Assembly (NCBI GenBank): GCA_019429385.1 | Contig: JAHYIS010000003.1 | Coordinates: forward strand, 34,825-98,824 | DNA: 64,000 nt | Reading direction: 5' to 3' | From: ANME-2 cluster archaeon | GTDB taxonomy: Archaea > Halobacteriota > Methanosarcinia > Methanosarcinales > Methanocomedenaceae | Shown: one piece after another, positions 18,799-27,870 of the stretch | Position numbering within the stretch: position 1 is the first letter of the stretch | How the letters are laid out: the number at the start of each line of letters is the position of its first letter | Notes under the pieces: model-generated | What the model saw: only the letters and a program-made list of their open reading frames with translations | Told to the model about the DNA's origin: nothing | Databases searched by the model: none | Position numbers and translations under genes: made by a program

Positions 18799-18978
18799 GA
18801 CTCCATGCTGGTCAAACTTCACATGCTTGATCGTCAGGTTTCCAATCTCGCTGATCCTGGCGCCGTTCACATATAAACTGGCTATCAATGCTCTGTCTCT
18901 GGGATGTTCGCAGGCATTGATCATATTCTCGATCTCTTCCCCACTCTGCAGGTCTTCAGGAAGCTTATGTGAATGATT
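18799..18978 (-). pseudogene. tyrosine recombinase/integrase fragment (decayed)
   Basis: Minus-strand frame reads ...PEDLQSGEEIENMINACEHPRDRALIASLYVNGARISEIGNLTIKHVKFDQHGV, the integrase core-domain signature. A stop lies immediately upstream, similarity is lost downstream, and no catalytic R..HxxR..Y region is recognisable. Confidence 0.6.
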
Positions 18979-19243
18979 TCAAGACGATATTTTTATCCAC
19001 TCTATAGTTTCATCCATATCCAGCCATCTCAGTTAATATCTTCAATTCAATCAAGTGTTTCAATACTCTTGCTATCTTCAAACCTTCTGAAAAACAAAAA
19101 CTCTCAAACTAAAAAATCAGTTGTTTATTTTCCTCAGTGATGCTGGAATTTCTGATTCTCCCTTCAACAGATTTAAGATTCTGTTCAAGGTTGTACAACA
19201 TGTGTTATCACATTCCATTCTAATCTCTTAACCACTCAGGAAG

Positions 19244-19306
19244 CGAAGTGAAAGTATTCGAAGTGAAAGTATTCGAAAAAAGGTGAGAATCGAACGTGAA
19301 ATTTTA
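19244..19306. repeat. 15-17-bp tandem repeats abutting the tRNA-Leu 3' end (2 perfect CGAAGTGAAAGTATT plus 2 degenerate)
   Basis: 19244-19258 and 19259-19273 are identical. 19274-19290 (CGAAAAAAGGTGAGAAT) and 19291-19306 (CGAACGTGAAATTTTA) are degenerate. Confidence 0.75.
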
Positions 19307-19391
19307 TGCGGGGGAAGGGATTCGAACCCTTGAACTCCTTCGAGAATAGATCTTGAGTCTATCACCTTTGGCCTGGCTTGGTTACCCCCGC
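19307..19391 (-). tRNA. tRNA-Leu (anticodon CAA)
   Basis: Manual fold of the reverse complement: acceptor GCGGGGG/CCCCCGC, D arm ACC..GGT, anticodon stem ATAGA/TCTAT with loop CTCAAGA, long variable arm, T arm AAGGG-TTCGAAT-CCCTT, discriminator A. Confidence 0.9.
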
Positions 19392-19407
19392 ACAGGGGAA
19401 ATGGGAA

Positions 19408-19740
19408 TTACCTGTCCTGGAGCGTCTCAACCTCTTCAACGATCCTGCGACCGGCCGCAATCTCATCGATACTGTGAATAACAGCGCCCATATCCTCTAT
19501 GATCTCTTTGATCTGTTCATAGTTCAGGTCATCGCCTTCAATGGTCACCTTAATATTCTCGGTCTGCTGGTCAACTTCATACAGGCTCAGGTTTACGCCG
19601 CTTATGTTTTCCAGTTCACTCAATGCCGTAGCATATTCAAGTATCAATGGATGATGAGGTTTCAAAACATCCAGAACCAATCGTCTAATTCCTACCACGT
19701 GATTTATCCATCCTGATGTGTGTACTCTCAATACAAACAA
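19408..19740 (-). CDS. DUF211-like conserved archaeal protein
   Basis: [20 protein letters not shown]...[31 protein letters not shown]. The true start may be GTG at 19698. Confidence 0.7.
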   Translation of the reverse strand: MFVLRVHTSGWINHVVGIRRLVLDVLKPHHPLILEYATALSELENISGVNLSLYEVDQQTENIKVTIEGDDLNYEQIKEIIEDMGAVIHSIDEIAAGRRIVEEVETLQDR

Positions 19741-19835
19741 TAACTTATAACTCTTACTACATTCAAATCATATCATCATATACCTCATAAATACGTATAT
19801 ATGGTGAAAAACAAAAGAATATCTGGAGTGGTACT

Positions 19836-20237
19836 ATGAATACTTCACGATATATTTTCTTATTAACAATAGGTATTGCCGTGATCAGCATTGGAACGGC
19901 AGATGCCCTGACAAGATCAGGGGAATGGGAAGCCGCTTCTCTGGTATCCGACAATCGAATACCTGCCGGGTCTAATATCACTGAAGACCATGAGATCAGG
20001 CTGCCGCAGGGAAATGCCGGTCCAGTGAGAGTGATCGTCTGACTGCTGTACAGAACAGCTCCCCAGGCTTTTATCGATGAAACTTTTGGCAGTGCAGCCG
20101 AGAACGTACCTCTGGTGGAAATGGAAAAAGGAGAATTTACCGTTCATGAAGAAGCCACAGGCATACCCGGATTTGGAATGGTACCATCTTTCATCATGAC
20201 AGGAATTGTGTTTATTCTGTTCGGTAGACGGGATTGA
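19836..20237 (+). pseudogene. small secreted PGF-CTERM protein interrupted by one in-frame TGA (20040-20042)
   Basis: N-terminal signal peptide MNTSRYIFLLTIGIAVISIGTADA. After the TGA the same frame stays open for 64 codons and ends ...EEATGIPGFGMVPSFIMTGIVFILFGRRD*, a canonical PGF-CTERM tripartite signal. Confidence 0.6.
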
Positions 20238-20405
20238 TTTCAATTCCTCCTCCCTATTTTTCAGGATACAGAGTTTAACGCTACCTGTTCAGGTTAATCC
20301 GAACGATATTCCGGCTTTGCTTAATGAGGTCAATTTTATTGGAAAGAGCACCATCACCATCCGTTTCAGAAACCCTTAAGTCAATATCAACTCAACTGAT
20401 TGCTA

Positions 20406-23150
20406 ATGAAATTCCAGATACTGGATGCCGATTATACCTACGACGACCTTGAAAACCCGGTCATCCGCCTCTTCGGCCGTGATGATGCAGGCCAAAGTGT
20501 TTGTTGCTTCGTGCCCGGATTCAAACCCTACTTCTTCCTGAAACCACACCCCAAACACAATCCTGATGAACTGGCAGAAAAGATCAAAACCACCTTCAAT
20601 GAGCATGTCACAAACGTGCAGGTCACCCCGCGATTTGAACCTGTAGGTTACTTTAAAGCACCTATTCCCATGCTCAAGGTCATTCTCAACGACCCGAAAG
20701 GCGTGCCTGCCATACGGGACGATGTGCTTCAATTACCCGGCGTTGCCAGCATATATGAGACCGACATACTGTTCCGCAACCGCTTCCTTATCGATTCAGG
20801 TATCGGTGGCATGTCCTGGGTAGAGACCGGCTCCGAACCACTGCAGGGGGACAAGTTCAAAGGTATCAGCCTGATCGGCGTGGATTGCCAGGTCAGGACC
20901 GTGTCAGATACCATAACCCCGCAGGATGTCATCACCAACGCGCCCCTGCGGTACATGGCATTCGACATAGAATGCCTGCCAATGGACGGCGCCATGCCCA
21001 CACCGGACCATAGCCCGATAATCATGATAAGCTGCGCTTTTGAGCCAGCATATAATGGTAAGAGCACCACGGTCCTGGTGGGTAAGGACGCTGACGGGCT
21101 TGAGAGTGATTCCGAGGCGTTCGCTGACGAGATCGGAATGCTTGAACGGTTCTTCGAGATAATCAGGGAATTCGACCCGGATGTATTTGTCGGGTACAAC
21201 TCGAACAGCTTCGACATACCCTATATCGTGGACAGGATCAGTACCCTTGAGAAAGAACGCAAAGTGAAACTACGGCCGGTCATGGGTCGGGACGGCCGTT
21301 CGGTCTACTACCGCAGGATAGGCACCATGACCAGCATAAACATCACCGGTCGGGTAGTGGTTGACGCGCTTCCCATCATAAGGCGGGATTTCAGCCTGAA
21401 GCGCTACACCCTCAGGAACTCTGCGCAGGAATTGCTGGGCAGGGAAAAACTGGATGTCAAACCCTCGGAGATGGAAGAATACTGGCACGACACCGGTGAT
21501 AAGTTCCATTCTTTCGTAGATTATGCCAGGCGCGACTCTGAACTGGCACTGGAACTGGTACTCAGGCTGAGCCTGCTGGACAGGTTCTGGGCACTGTCCA
21601 GGGTCAGCGGTACCCTGGTGCAGGATATCCTCGACGGCGGCCAGACCAATATGGTAGAGAACATTCTCATGAAAGAGTACCGCGCCCATAACAGGGTAAT
21701 GCCCCCAAAACCTGACAACGATATTTCCCAGCAGCGGCACATGATCACCGAAGAACTGAAGGGCGGCGAAGTACTGGACCCGAAAAAGGGGCTACTGGAA
21801 GATGTGGTGATACTGGACTACAAGTCACTCTACCCCACCATCATGATGGCCCATAACCTGTGCTATACCACCGAGATAGTCGACGGGGACCAGGTGCCGG
21901 ACGGGGACTTTGAGACTACTCCCTCGGGCGGCAGGTTCGTATCTGCGCAGGTGCAAAAGGGCATTGTCCCCTCCATCCTGGCAGGACTGCTGCAGCGCAG
22001 GGTCGAGACCAAACAAATGATGAAACATGCATCCGGGGACGAAGCCCGTGCCCTGGATGCCACACAGCTGGCTCTCAAGATATTGCTGAACAGTTACTAT
22101 GGTTATTCAGGTTATACCAGGGCACGACTGTACAGTCTCACAATGGCGAATTCGGTGACCAGTTTTGGCAGGGAGAATATCCTCAATACCAGGGACCTGG
22201 TAGAAAAGCGCATCGATAGCATCTATCTCTCCAACGGTGATGCGTATGTCCAGGAAGAACTCCCCGGGGCAGGACTCAAAACCGATGAGCTGCAAAGGTT
22301 CAACCTGTCCGTGGTCTATGGGGATACGGACAGCGTGTTCGTAAAACTATCCCCTGAAGGCATCTCCCTGGAGGATGCCGGTGCTGTGGGGCAGAAAATT
22401 GCCAGGATCGTATCTGCAAAACTACCTGACCCCATGGAACTGGAATTCGAAAGTTTTGCCAGGCGCTCAATATTCATTGCCAAGAAACGCTATGCAGTAT
22501 GGGTATTTGAACCATCTGCCAGTGGCTGGTCTGACAGTATAAAGGTCAAAGGCATGGAAACGGTCAGGCGGGACTGGTGTGAACTTACCAGCAAGACCCT
22601 GAACAGGGTACTCGAACTGGTATTGAAGGAAGGGAGGGTCGAGGATGCGGTAAGCTATGTACGAGGAGTTATCAACAGTGTGCGCAACATTGACTTTGAA
22701 AAAGACCCTTCGGTCCTGGAAGACCTGACACTCACCCGCAGGTACACCAAGAAGAGCGAGAATTACCAGAACAAACAACCTCATGTCATGGTTATCGAGA
22801 AAATGAAAAAACGGTCCGGTTTTGTGCCGCCCATCGGGGACAGGATCCCCTTTGTCATAATAGCGGGACCGGGACTGCTTGCTGACAAGGCAGAAGATCC
22901 CGAATTTGTGAAAGAGAACAACCTGTCGCTGGATGTTAACTACTACATAAAGAAACAGATACTGCCACCCGTTGAGCGCATCCTGCGTGAGTTTGGAGTG
23001 GATGCATCATTTTTGGATTATGATGAAAAACAAATGGGGCTGGGAGATTTCGGGGGGGGTGGCAGCATTGTGAACGAGCATGTAGCCACACAGGATGACA
23101 TGGGACCAAAAAAAGCGAAAAAAAGCCAGTCAAAACTATTTGATTTTTAA
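20406..23150 (+). CDS. polB: family-B DNA polymerase
   Basis: Exo motifs FDIE, YNSNSFDIPY, YARRDS. Pol motifs LDYKSLYPTIM, KILLNSYYGY, YGDTDSVF. C-terminal PIP-like QSKLFDF. No intein. Confidence 0.95.
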   Translation: MKFQILDADYTYDDLENPVIRLFGRDDAGQSVCCFVPGFKPYFFLKPHPKHNPDELAEKIKTTFNEHVTNVQVTPRFEPVGYFKAPIPMLKVILNDPKGVPAIRDDVLQLPGVASIYETDILFRNRFLIDSGIGGMSWVETGSEPLQGDKFKGISLIGVDCQVRTVSDTITPQDVITNAPLRYMAFDIECLPMDGAMPTPDHSPIIMISCAFEPAYNGKSTTVLVGKDADGLESDSEAFADEIGMLERFFEIIREFDPDVFVGYNSNSFDIPYIVDRISTLEKERKVKLRPVMGRDGRSVYYRRIGTMTSINITGRVVVDALPIIRRDFSLKRYTLRNSAQELLGREKLDVKPSEMEEYWHDTGDKFHSFVDYARRDSELALELVLRLSLLDRFWALSRVSGTLVQDILDGGQTNMVENILMKEYRAHNRVMPPKPDNDISQQRHMITEELKGGEVLDPKKGLLEDVVILDYKSLYPTIMMAHNLCYTTEIVDGDQVPDGDFETTPSGGRFVSAQVQKGIVPSILAGLLQRRVETKQMMKHASGDEARALDATQLALKILLNSYYGYSGYTRARLYSLTMANSVTSFGRENILNTRDLVEKRIDSIYLSNGDAYVQEELPGAGLKTDELQRFNLSVVYGDTDSVFVKLSPEGISLEDAGAVGQKIARIVSAKLPDPMELEFESFARRSIFIAKKRYAVWVFEPSASGWSDSIKVKGMETVRRDWCELTSKTLNRVLELVLKEGRVEDAVSYVRGVINSVRNIDFEKDPSVLEDLTLTRRYTKKSENYQNKQPHVMVIEKMKKRSGFVPPIGDRIPFVIIAGPGLLADKAEDPEFVKENNLSLDVNYYIKKQILPPVERILREFGVDASFLDYDEKQMGLGDFGGGGSIVNEHVATQDDMGPKKAKKSQSKLFDF

Positions 23151-23169
23151 ATTCACGAAGGAGTTTACC

Positions 23170-23814
23170 ATGGAAGTCCATCTCATAAACAGTTCGCCAT
23201 ACGATGCCAACGCGTACCTGATAGTTGCTCATAGACCCGTGTTAATAGATGTGGGCATGAATGCGTCCCATCTCCTTGACCGGATATCAGCCATAATAGA
23301 GCCCACTGATATTGGGACCATAATCCTGACCCACGGTCATTATGACCACTGGGGTGCGGTGGAAGAAGTGAGCAGTGCAACGGGAGCAGATATCGTCATC
23401 CATGCCCGGGATGCACCCATGCTTGCAGATAAAATGGCCAGCGCGGCTGCAATGTTCAGGGGCAAAGCTGCATCTTTCATTCCCGAAAGGATGCTTCATG
23501 AGAACGATACGATAGACCTGGGGAACGGTAGTGGTCTTGAGGTTATCCATACACCGGGACACACGCCCGGATGCATATGTCTGTACCACGCACCTACAAG
23601 ATCATTGTTCTCCGGCGACACCGTGTTCCAGGGCGGCGGTTTCGGGCGCACTGACCTTGCCGGTGGTGACCAGCGCTTGCTTGTGGAATCACTGGAACGG
23701 CTGGCAGGGATGGATGTGAATGTGCTCTATCCCGGGCACGGTGAGGTGACAGCGGTTGATGCATCAGGCCAGATACGCCTGTCACTGCAACTTGCAAGGA
23801 CGTATATGCGATAG
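23170..23814 (+). CDS. MBL-fold metallo-hydrolase
   Basis: ORF 23095..23814 overlaps the polB end. Likely start ATG 23170 (MEVHLINSS). Motifs: THGHYDHWG (HxHxDH), HTPGHTPG, YPGHG. Confidence 0.85.
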   Translation: MEVHLINSSPYDANAYLIVAHRPVLIDVGMNASHLLDRISAIIEPTDIGTIILTHGHYDHWGAVEEVSSATGADIVIHARDAPMLADKMASAAAMFRGKAASFIPERMLHENDTIDLGNGSGLEVIHTPGHTPGCICLYHAPTRSLFSGDTVFQGGGFGRTDLAGGDQRLLVESLERLAGMDVNVLYPGHGEVTAVDASGQIRLSLQLARTYMR

Positions 23815-23861
23815 GAAACCGCTGCCAAACGATTATCACTCTGAACGAATAATGGGATAGT

Positions 23862-24155
23862 ATGGACTACGACATTAAGGTGCATACGTGGTGGGAGCAC
23901 AGGATAAGGAAGATAAGTATACGGTCCGGTGAAAATAAATTAAGTATCTGGTTCGCCCATTTTGGGGAACTGGACCTGGAGGACAGGAAGACCCAGAACA
24001 TCTTCGCAGGTATCATGCAGGGTATCTTCGGACAAGCGGTGGATACACCTTCGGTACACGTGGATATTGTCAGGGGGGATAAGGTTAAACTTTCCAGGCA
24101 TGTACGAAATACTGAGGAGATAATGGACAGTTTCAGGGAGGCTTTTGAGAAGTGA
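23862..24155 (+). CDS. hypothetical protein
   Basis: 97-aa ORF with no recognised domain. ATGA-coupled to the next ORF. Confidence 0.45.
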   Translation: MDYDIKVHTWWEHRIRKISIRSGENKLSIWFAHFGELDLEDRKTQNIFAGIMQGIFGQAVDTPSVHVDIVRGDKVKLSRHVRNTEEIMDSFREAFEK

Positions 24156-24637
24156 TGAAGGTAAATACTGAGCATTCCCGTGATGTTGAAGATACATTTG
24201 ATATGGACTCATTTATCTTACAGGATGAGCGGGAGCATATGTTATTCGAACTGCACAGGTACCTCGTGTGGGTCGGGGAGCCATTACCCGAGGACATTGA
24301 CATTGACGGTCATCAGATTAAACTGCATGACCTTATCTGGAAATTGACACAAAAAGAAAAGTTGACAGAAAATGAACGTAAATGTATTAAAGGCCTGATC
24401 CAGACTCTTGAACAAAAAGAAAAACTGGATGAAGAACGTATCGAGAAAGCGAACCTTACCAGGGCACAGGCCGAACAGCTTCATGATGAGGCGGCCGGGT
24501 TGTTAAGGGCTATCATGGATTTGAAGGATCTGGAGGAAGGCAGGATCAAAAAAGCTGATTTTGATGAAGCGTCAACAAGGGACAGGGTTCAGGATGCAAG
24601 GCGCTGGATGAATTTTATGAAGCAGATGAAAGATTGA
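24152..24637 (+). CDS. hypothetical protein (charged, coiled-coil-like C-terminal half)
   Basis: 161-aa ORF with K/E-rich heptad-like segments and no recognised domain. Confidence 0.5.
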   Translation: MMKVNTEHSRDVEDTFDMDSFILQDEREHMLFELHRYLVWVGEPLPEDIDIDGHQIKLHDLIWKLTQKEKLTENERKCIKGLIQTLEQKEKLDEERIEKANLTRAQAEQLHDEAAGLLRAIMDLKDLEEGRIKKADFDEASTRDRVQDARRWMNFMKQMKD

Positions 24638-24819
24638 TGTATGGTTTTAACCAATATTTCTGTCATGAACGTAATCAGGACGGGATTGCTATCCATAACC
24701 ATTTGAATCAGGTAGTGCGCAATCCGGATTGTCTTGATTGTAATCCGAGATTCCATAAACGTTAAATACCATGTACACAATCGTACCTCAATGCACACAT
24801 ATATACAACTGGTTTGAAC

Positions 24820-25614
24820 ATGCACACAATAATAGATAGTATAATCACATCAACCGAAAACCGGGTCAAAGGGTTAAAGGATGTTGGTTCGGGGAAATCC
24901 CTTACCACCCGAAGTCTTGCCAGGTCCATACAAGCAGTACATGACAGGAATGGCATCCCTGTGATAGCCGAGGTCAAACCGTCATCACCTACTACCCATA
25001 ACAGGGATGTCAGCCCTGCAGATGCCGCACAAATCGCAATGACCATGGAAAAGGCAGGAGCTGTAGCCATCTCCGTCCTTACAGAACCGGATTATTTCCA
25101 CGGCAGCCTTGAAAACCTGGAACAGGTCCGGAGGGCTGTGAACATTCCGGTATTAAGGAAAGATTTTATCATCGACGAGAAACAGCTCTATGAAACACAC
25201 AGCGACCTGATACTGTTGATAGCCGGCATACTTGGTGACCGGTTGCCTGGCTTTATCGACCTTGCCAGGCGCAGGGGACTCCAGCCACTGGTAGAGGTCC
25301 ACAACCATGCAGAATGTATGGCAGCACTGGATAGTGAAGCACATATCATAGGCATCAATAACCGTAATCTCATGACCATGGATATCGACCTTGCAACCAC
25401 AGAAGAACTGGCTCCGGTCATCAGGAAGCACAACCCTGAGATAATAATAATAAGCGAAAGCGGCATATTGACACCCCGGGATGCTGTCCGGATGGTACAG
25501 GCAGGTGCCGATGCTGTTCTGGTAGGCACATCCATTATGAAGGGTGACATTTACCTCAACACCAGGTCATTGGTCGAAGCTGGAATACCTGGTTCACACG
25601 ACCAGCACGACTAA
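24820..25614 (+). CDS. trpC: indole-3-glycerol-phosphate synthase
   Basis: VIAEVKPSSP, ISVLTEPDYFHGS, VLRKDFI, VEVH, IGINNRNL, ISESGI. Confidence 0.9.
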   Translation: MHTIIDSIITSTENRVKGLKDVGSGKSLTTRSLARSIQAVHDRNGIPVIAEVKPSSPTTHNRDVSPADAAQIAMTMEKAGAVAISVLTEPDYFHGSLENLEQVRRAVNIPVLRKDFIIDEKQLYETHSDLILLIAGILGDRLPGFIDLARRRGLQPLVEVHNHAECMAALDSEAHIIGINNRNLMTMDIDLATTEELAPVIRKHNPEIIIISESGILTPRDAVRMVQAGADAVLVGTSIMKGDIYLNTRSLVEAGIPGSHDQHD

Positions 25615-25743
25615 CACGTCAAGTACTTCAAAAACGTCAAACACTTCAAGCATGTCAAGTATTTCAAATACGTCAGCACTTCAAACACATCAAGCACGGC
25701 AAGTATTTCAAATACGTCAGCACTTCAAACACGTCAAGCACGG
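25612..25743. repeat. three tandem 44-bp units in the trpC-trpB spacer (two near-identical, one degenerate), each built from ~9-bp TCAARYAYD sub-repeats
   Basis: 25656-25699 and 25700-25743 differ at one position (A/G). 25612-25655 is a degenerate copy. Confidence 0.85.
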
Positions 25744-25780
25744 CAAATAAGGAACACATATCAAATGCATAAAACTGGCA

Positions 25781-26992
25781 ATGAATAGAGGAAAATTCAT
25801 GAACATCACACAAAAAGGCAAATTCGGGCGGTTCGGCGGGCAGTTCGTACCCGAGGTGCTCATGCCTGCACTGGAAGAACTGGAAGAAGCATATGAACGC
25901 TTCAGGGATAATCCTGATTTCAAAAAGGAACTTGATTATTACTTGAGGGATTTTGCCGGCAGGCCGTCACCTTTGTACCATGCACGGCGCCTGAGTGAAA
26001 AATACGGTGTCAAGGTGTATCTTAAACGCGAAGACCTGGTACACGGCGGCGCCCATAAACTGAACAATACCCTTGGCCAGGCGCTCCTGGCAAAGTACAT
26101 GGGCAAGCGGAGGCTCATTGCAGAGACCGGGGCCGGCCAGCACGGTACGGCCACTGCCATGGTCGGAGCGAACCTTGGAATGGTCACAGAGGTCTATATG
26201 GGTGCTGAGGATACCCGGCGGCAGCGTATGAACGTGTACCGCATGGAACTGATGGGTACAAAGGTCATACCTGTTACTTCCGGCAGCCAGACCCTGAAGG
26301 ATGCCATCAACGAGGCGCTACGGGACTGGGTGAGCAATGTGGAAAATACTCATTACCTCATCGGCTCAGTAGTGGGCCCCCATCCCTACCCCACCATTGT
26401 AAGGGACTTCCAGAGCGTCATCGGTAACGAGGTCAGGTCGCAGATATTGGAAAAAGAAGGGCGACTTCCAGATTCCATTATCGCATGCACGGGTGGCGGC
26501 AGCAATGCCATGGGTATCTTCCATTCCTTCGTTCCTGATACCGGTGTGAAACTGTTTGCAGTGGAAGCAGGTGGAAGCGGCCTGAAATGCACAGACAAGG
26601 CTGCACTGCACTCCGCATCCCTGAGTGTGGGCGAGGAGGGAGTGCTGCATGGCGCGCGGACAAAGATATTGCAGGACCCCTACGGCCAGATACTGGAATC
26701 CCACAGCATCTCTGCTGGTCTGGATTACAGCGGTGTGGGTCCTGAACTGGCCTACCTGGCCGAAAATGGGAGGATCATTCCGGTGAACGCCGATGATGAT
26801 GAGGCACTTGCTGCTTTCCATGAACTGAGCCGGCTTGAGGGTATCATTCCTGCACTTGAATCATCCCATGCCCTTGCCTACCTGGCAAAAGCGGCAGGTT
26901 CAGGTGAACTGGGTGATATTGTGGTCATCAATATATCAGGACGAGGCGATAAGGACCTTGAGACCGTGCTGGAGAAGGGGGTACAGGTATGA
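25781..26992 (+). CDS. trpB: tryptophan synthase beta chain
   Basis: [19 protein letters not shown] (PLP Lys), [16 protein letters not shown]. An alternative start is ATG 25799. Confidence 0.95.
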   Translation: MNRGKFMNITQKGKFGRFGGQFVPEVLMPALEELEEAYERFRDNPDFKKELDYYLRDFAGRPSPLYHARRLSEKYGVKVYLKREDLVHGGAHKLNNTLGQALLAKYMGKRRLIAETGAGQHGTATAMVGANLGMVTEVYMGAEDTRRQRMNVYRMELMGTKVIPVTSGSQTLKDAINEALRDWVSNVENTHYLIGSVVGPHPYPTIVRDFQSVIGNEVRSQILEKEGRLPDSIIACTGGGSNAMGIFHSFVPDTGVKLFAVEAGGSGLKCTDKAALHSASLSVGEEGVLHGARTKILQDPYGQILESHSISAGLDYSGVGPELAYLAENGRIIPVNADDDEALAAFHELSRLEGIIPALESSHALAYLAKAAGSGELGDIVVINISGRGDKDLETVLEKGVQV

Positions 26993-27753
26993 GGATATCT
27001 GATACGTTCAGTGAACTGAAAAAGAACAAAGAAGGAGCGCTCATAGCCTATGTATGTGCAGGTGACGGAGACACTCCGGGAATCGTGCGCGCACTCGTCA
27101 AAGGCGGTGCAGATATCGTAGAATTGGGATTGCCGTTCTCTGACCCTGTGGCCGACGGACCCACCATCCAGGCATCCATCCAGAGGGCGCTGGATGCGGG
27201 CATGAACCCAGATAAATATTTCGCTATGGTCAGGAACCTGGATGTGGATGTACCGCTTGTGGTGATGACCTACTACAACCTGATATTCAAACGCGGGCCC
27301 GAGCGGTTCGTGAAGGATTGCCTGGAAAGCGGTATCACAGGCATCATTGTACCCGACCTGCCGCCAGAGGAATCCGGTGAGCTCGCAGGGTATTGTGAAA
27401 AGAACGGGGTCGACCTGATATTCCTGGTGGCACCTACGACAAAAGGAAGCCGGCTTGAGGATATCCTGAAACGTGGTACAGGATTTTTGTACCTGGTATC
27501 CAGGCTGGGCGTTACGGGCGTCAGGGCCGATATTGCCATGTCCACGAAAGAGGTGCTGGACAGGGTCAGGACCGATACACCCCGGGCTGTGGGGTTTGGC
27601 ATATCATCGGGCGAGCAGGCCGCCGGTGTGTTCAAAAGCGGCGCTGATGGCGTTATCGTTGGTTCTGCCTTTGTAGACATCATAGCCAGCGGGCAGGATG
27701 TTATCGGACGGCTGGAGGCGATGGCCAGCGAGCTTAAATCCAGTCTGCGATGA
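26989..27753 (+). CDS. trpA: tryptophan synthase alpha chain
   Basis: ATGA-coupled to trpB. Motifs: [27 protein letters not shown]. Confidence 0.95.
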   Translation: MRISDTFSELKKNKEGALIAYVCAGDGDTPGIVRALVKGGADIVELGLPFSDPVADGPTIQASIQRALDAGMNPDKYFAMVRNLDVDVPLVVMTYYNLIFKRGPERFVKDCLESGITGIIVPDLPPEESGELAGYCEKNGVDLIFLVAPTTKGSRLEDILKRGTGFLYLVSRLGVTGVRADIAMSTKEVLDRVRTDTPRAVGFGISSGEQAAGVFKSGADGVIVGSAFVDIIASGQDVIGRLEAMASELKSSLR

Positions 27754-27862
27754 AATGATAACGGATACGGGTATTGCTCATCGTATCCAGGCCAGGTGCC
27801 CAGTCATCTGCGCGATGAATCCGAAATGATAACGGATACGGGTATTGCTCATCGTATCCAGG
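27752..27862. repeat. two copies of a 40-bp element (27752-27791, 27823-27862), each forming a GGATACG/CGTATCC hairpin, between convergent genes
   Basis: GAAATGATAACGGATACGGGTATTGCTCATCGTATCCAGG appears twice, identical, 71 bp apart. The duplication also includes the CTGCGATGA trpA stop context. Confidence 0.85.
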
Positions 27863-27870
27863 GTCCGGGC

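Larger units (their letters stand above)
10522..19391. mobile_element. candidate tRNA-Leu-linked genomic island (decayed), carrying ruvCAB and a pRiA4b-like/SNF2/SWIM module
   Basis: The right end is the 3' end of tRNA-Leu (19307), with an integrase fragment 330 bp away. The interior (11.1-18.6 kb) is visibly AT-richer than the flanks. The left end is a 575-bp gene-less, repeat-containing segment. No att duplicate was found by eye. Confidence 0.4.

Noticed and set aside
19274-19306. Possible second tRNA or tRNA fragment (GGTGAGAATCGAACGTGA resembles a T-arm)
   Set aside because: The putative T-stem halves are not complementary and no cloverleaf can be built. It fits better as degenerate copies of the adjacent 15-bp repeat.
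20040-20042. In-frame TGA as selenocysteine
   Set aside because: Selenoprotein machinery among methanogens is, to my knowledge, confined to Methanococcales and Methanopyrus. The surrounding peptide has no redox motif, and I see no obvious SECIS-like stem-loop in the 3' region. Readthrough, pseudogene or sequencing error are more likely.
24771-24776. TGTACA box upstream of trpC as a TrpY-type operator
   Set aside because: Only a single copy is present, whereas the Methanothermobacter TrpY operators I recall involve several. No trpY-like gene is adjacent.
25544-25750. 68-aa S/T-rich ORF spanning the trpC end and the 44-bp repeats
   Set aside because: Its sequence (TSSTSKTSNTSSMSSISNTS...) is simply the repeat read in one frame. 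It overlaps the trpC 3' end out of frame and has no start context.
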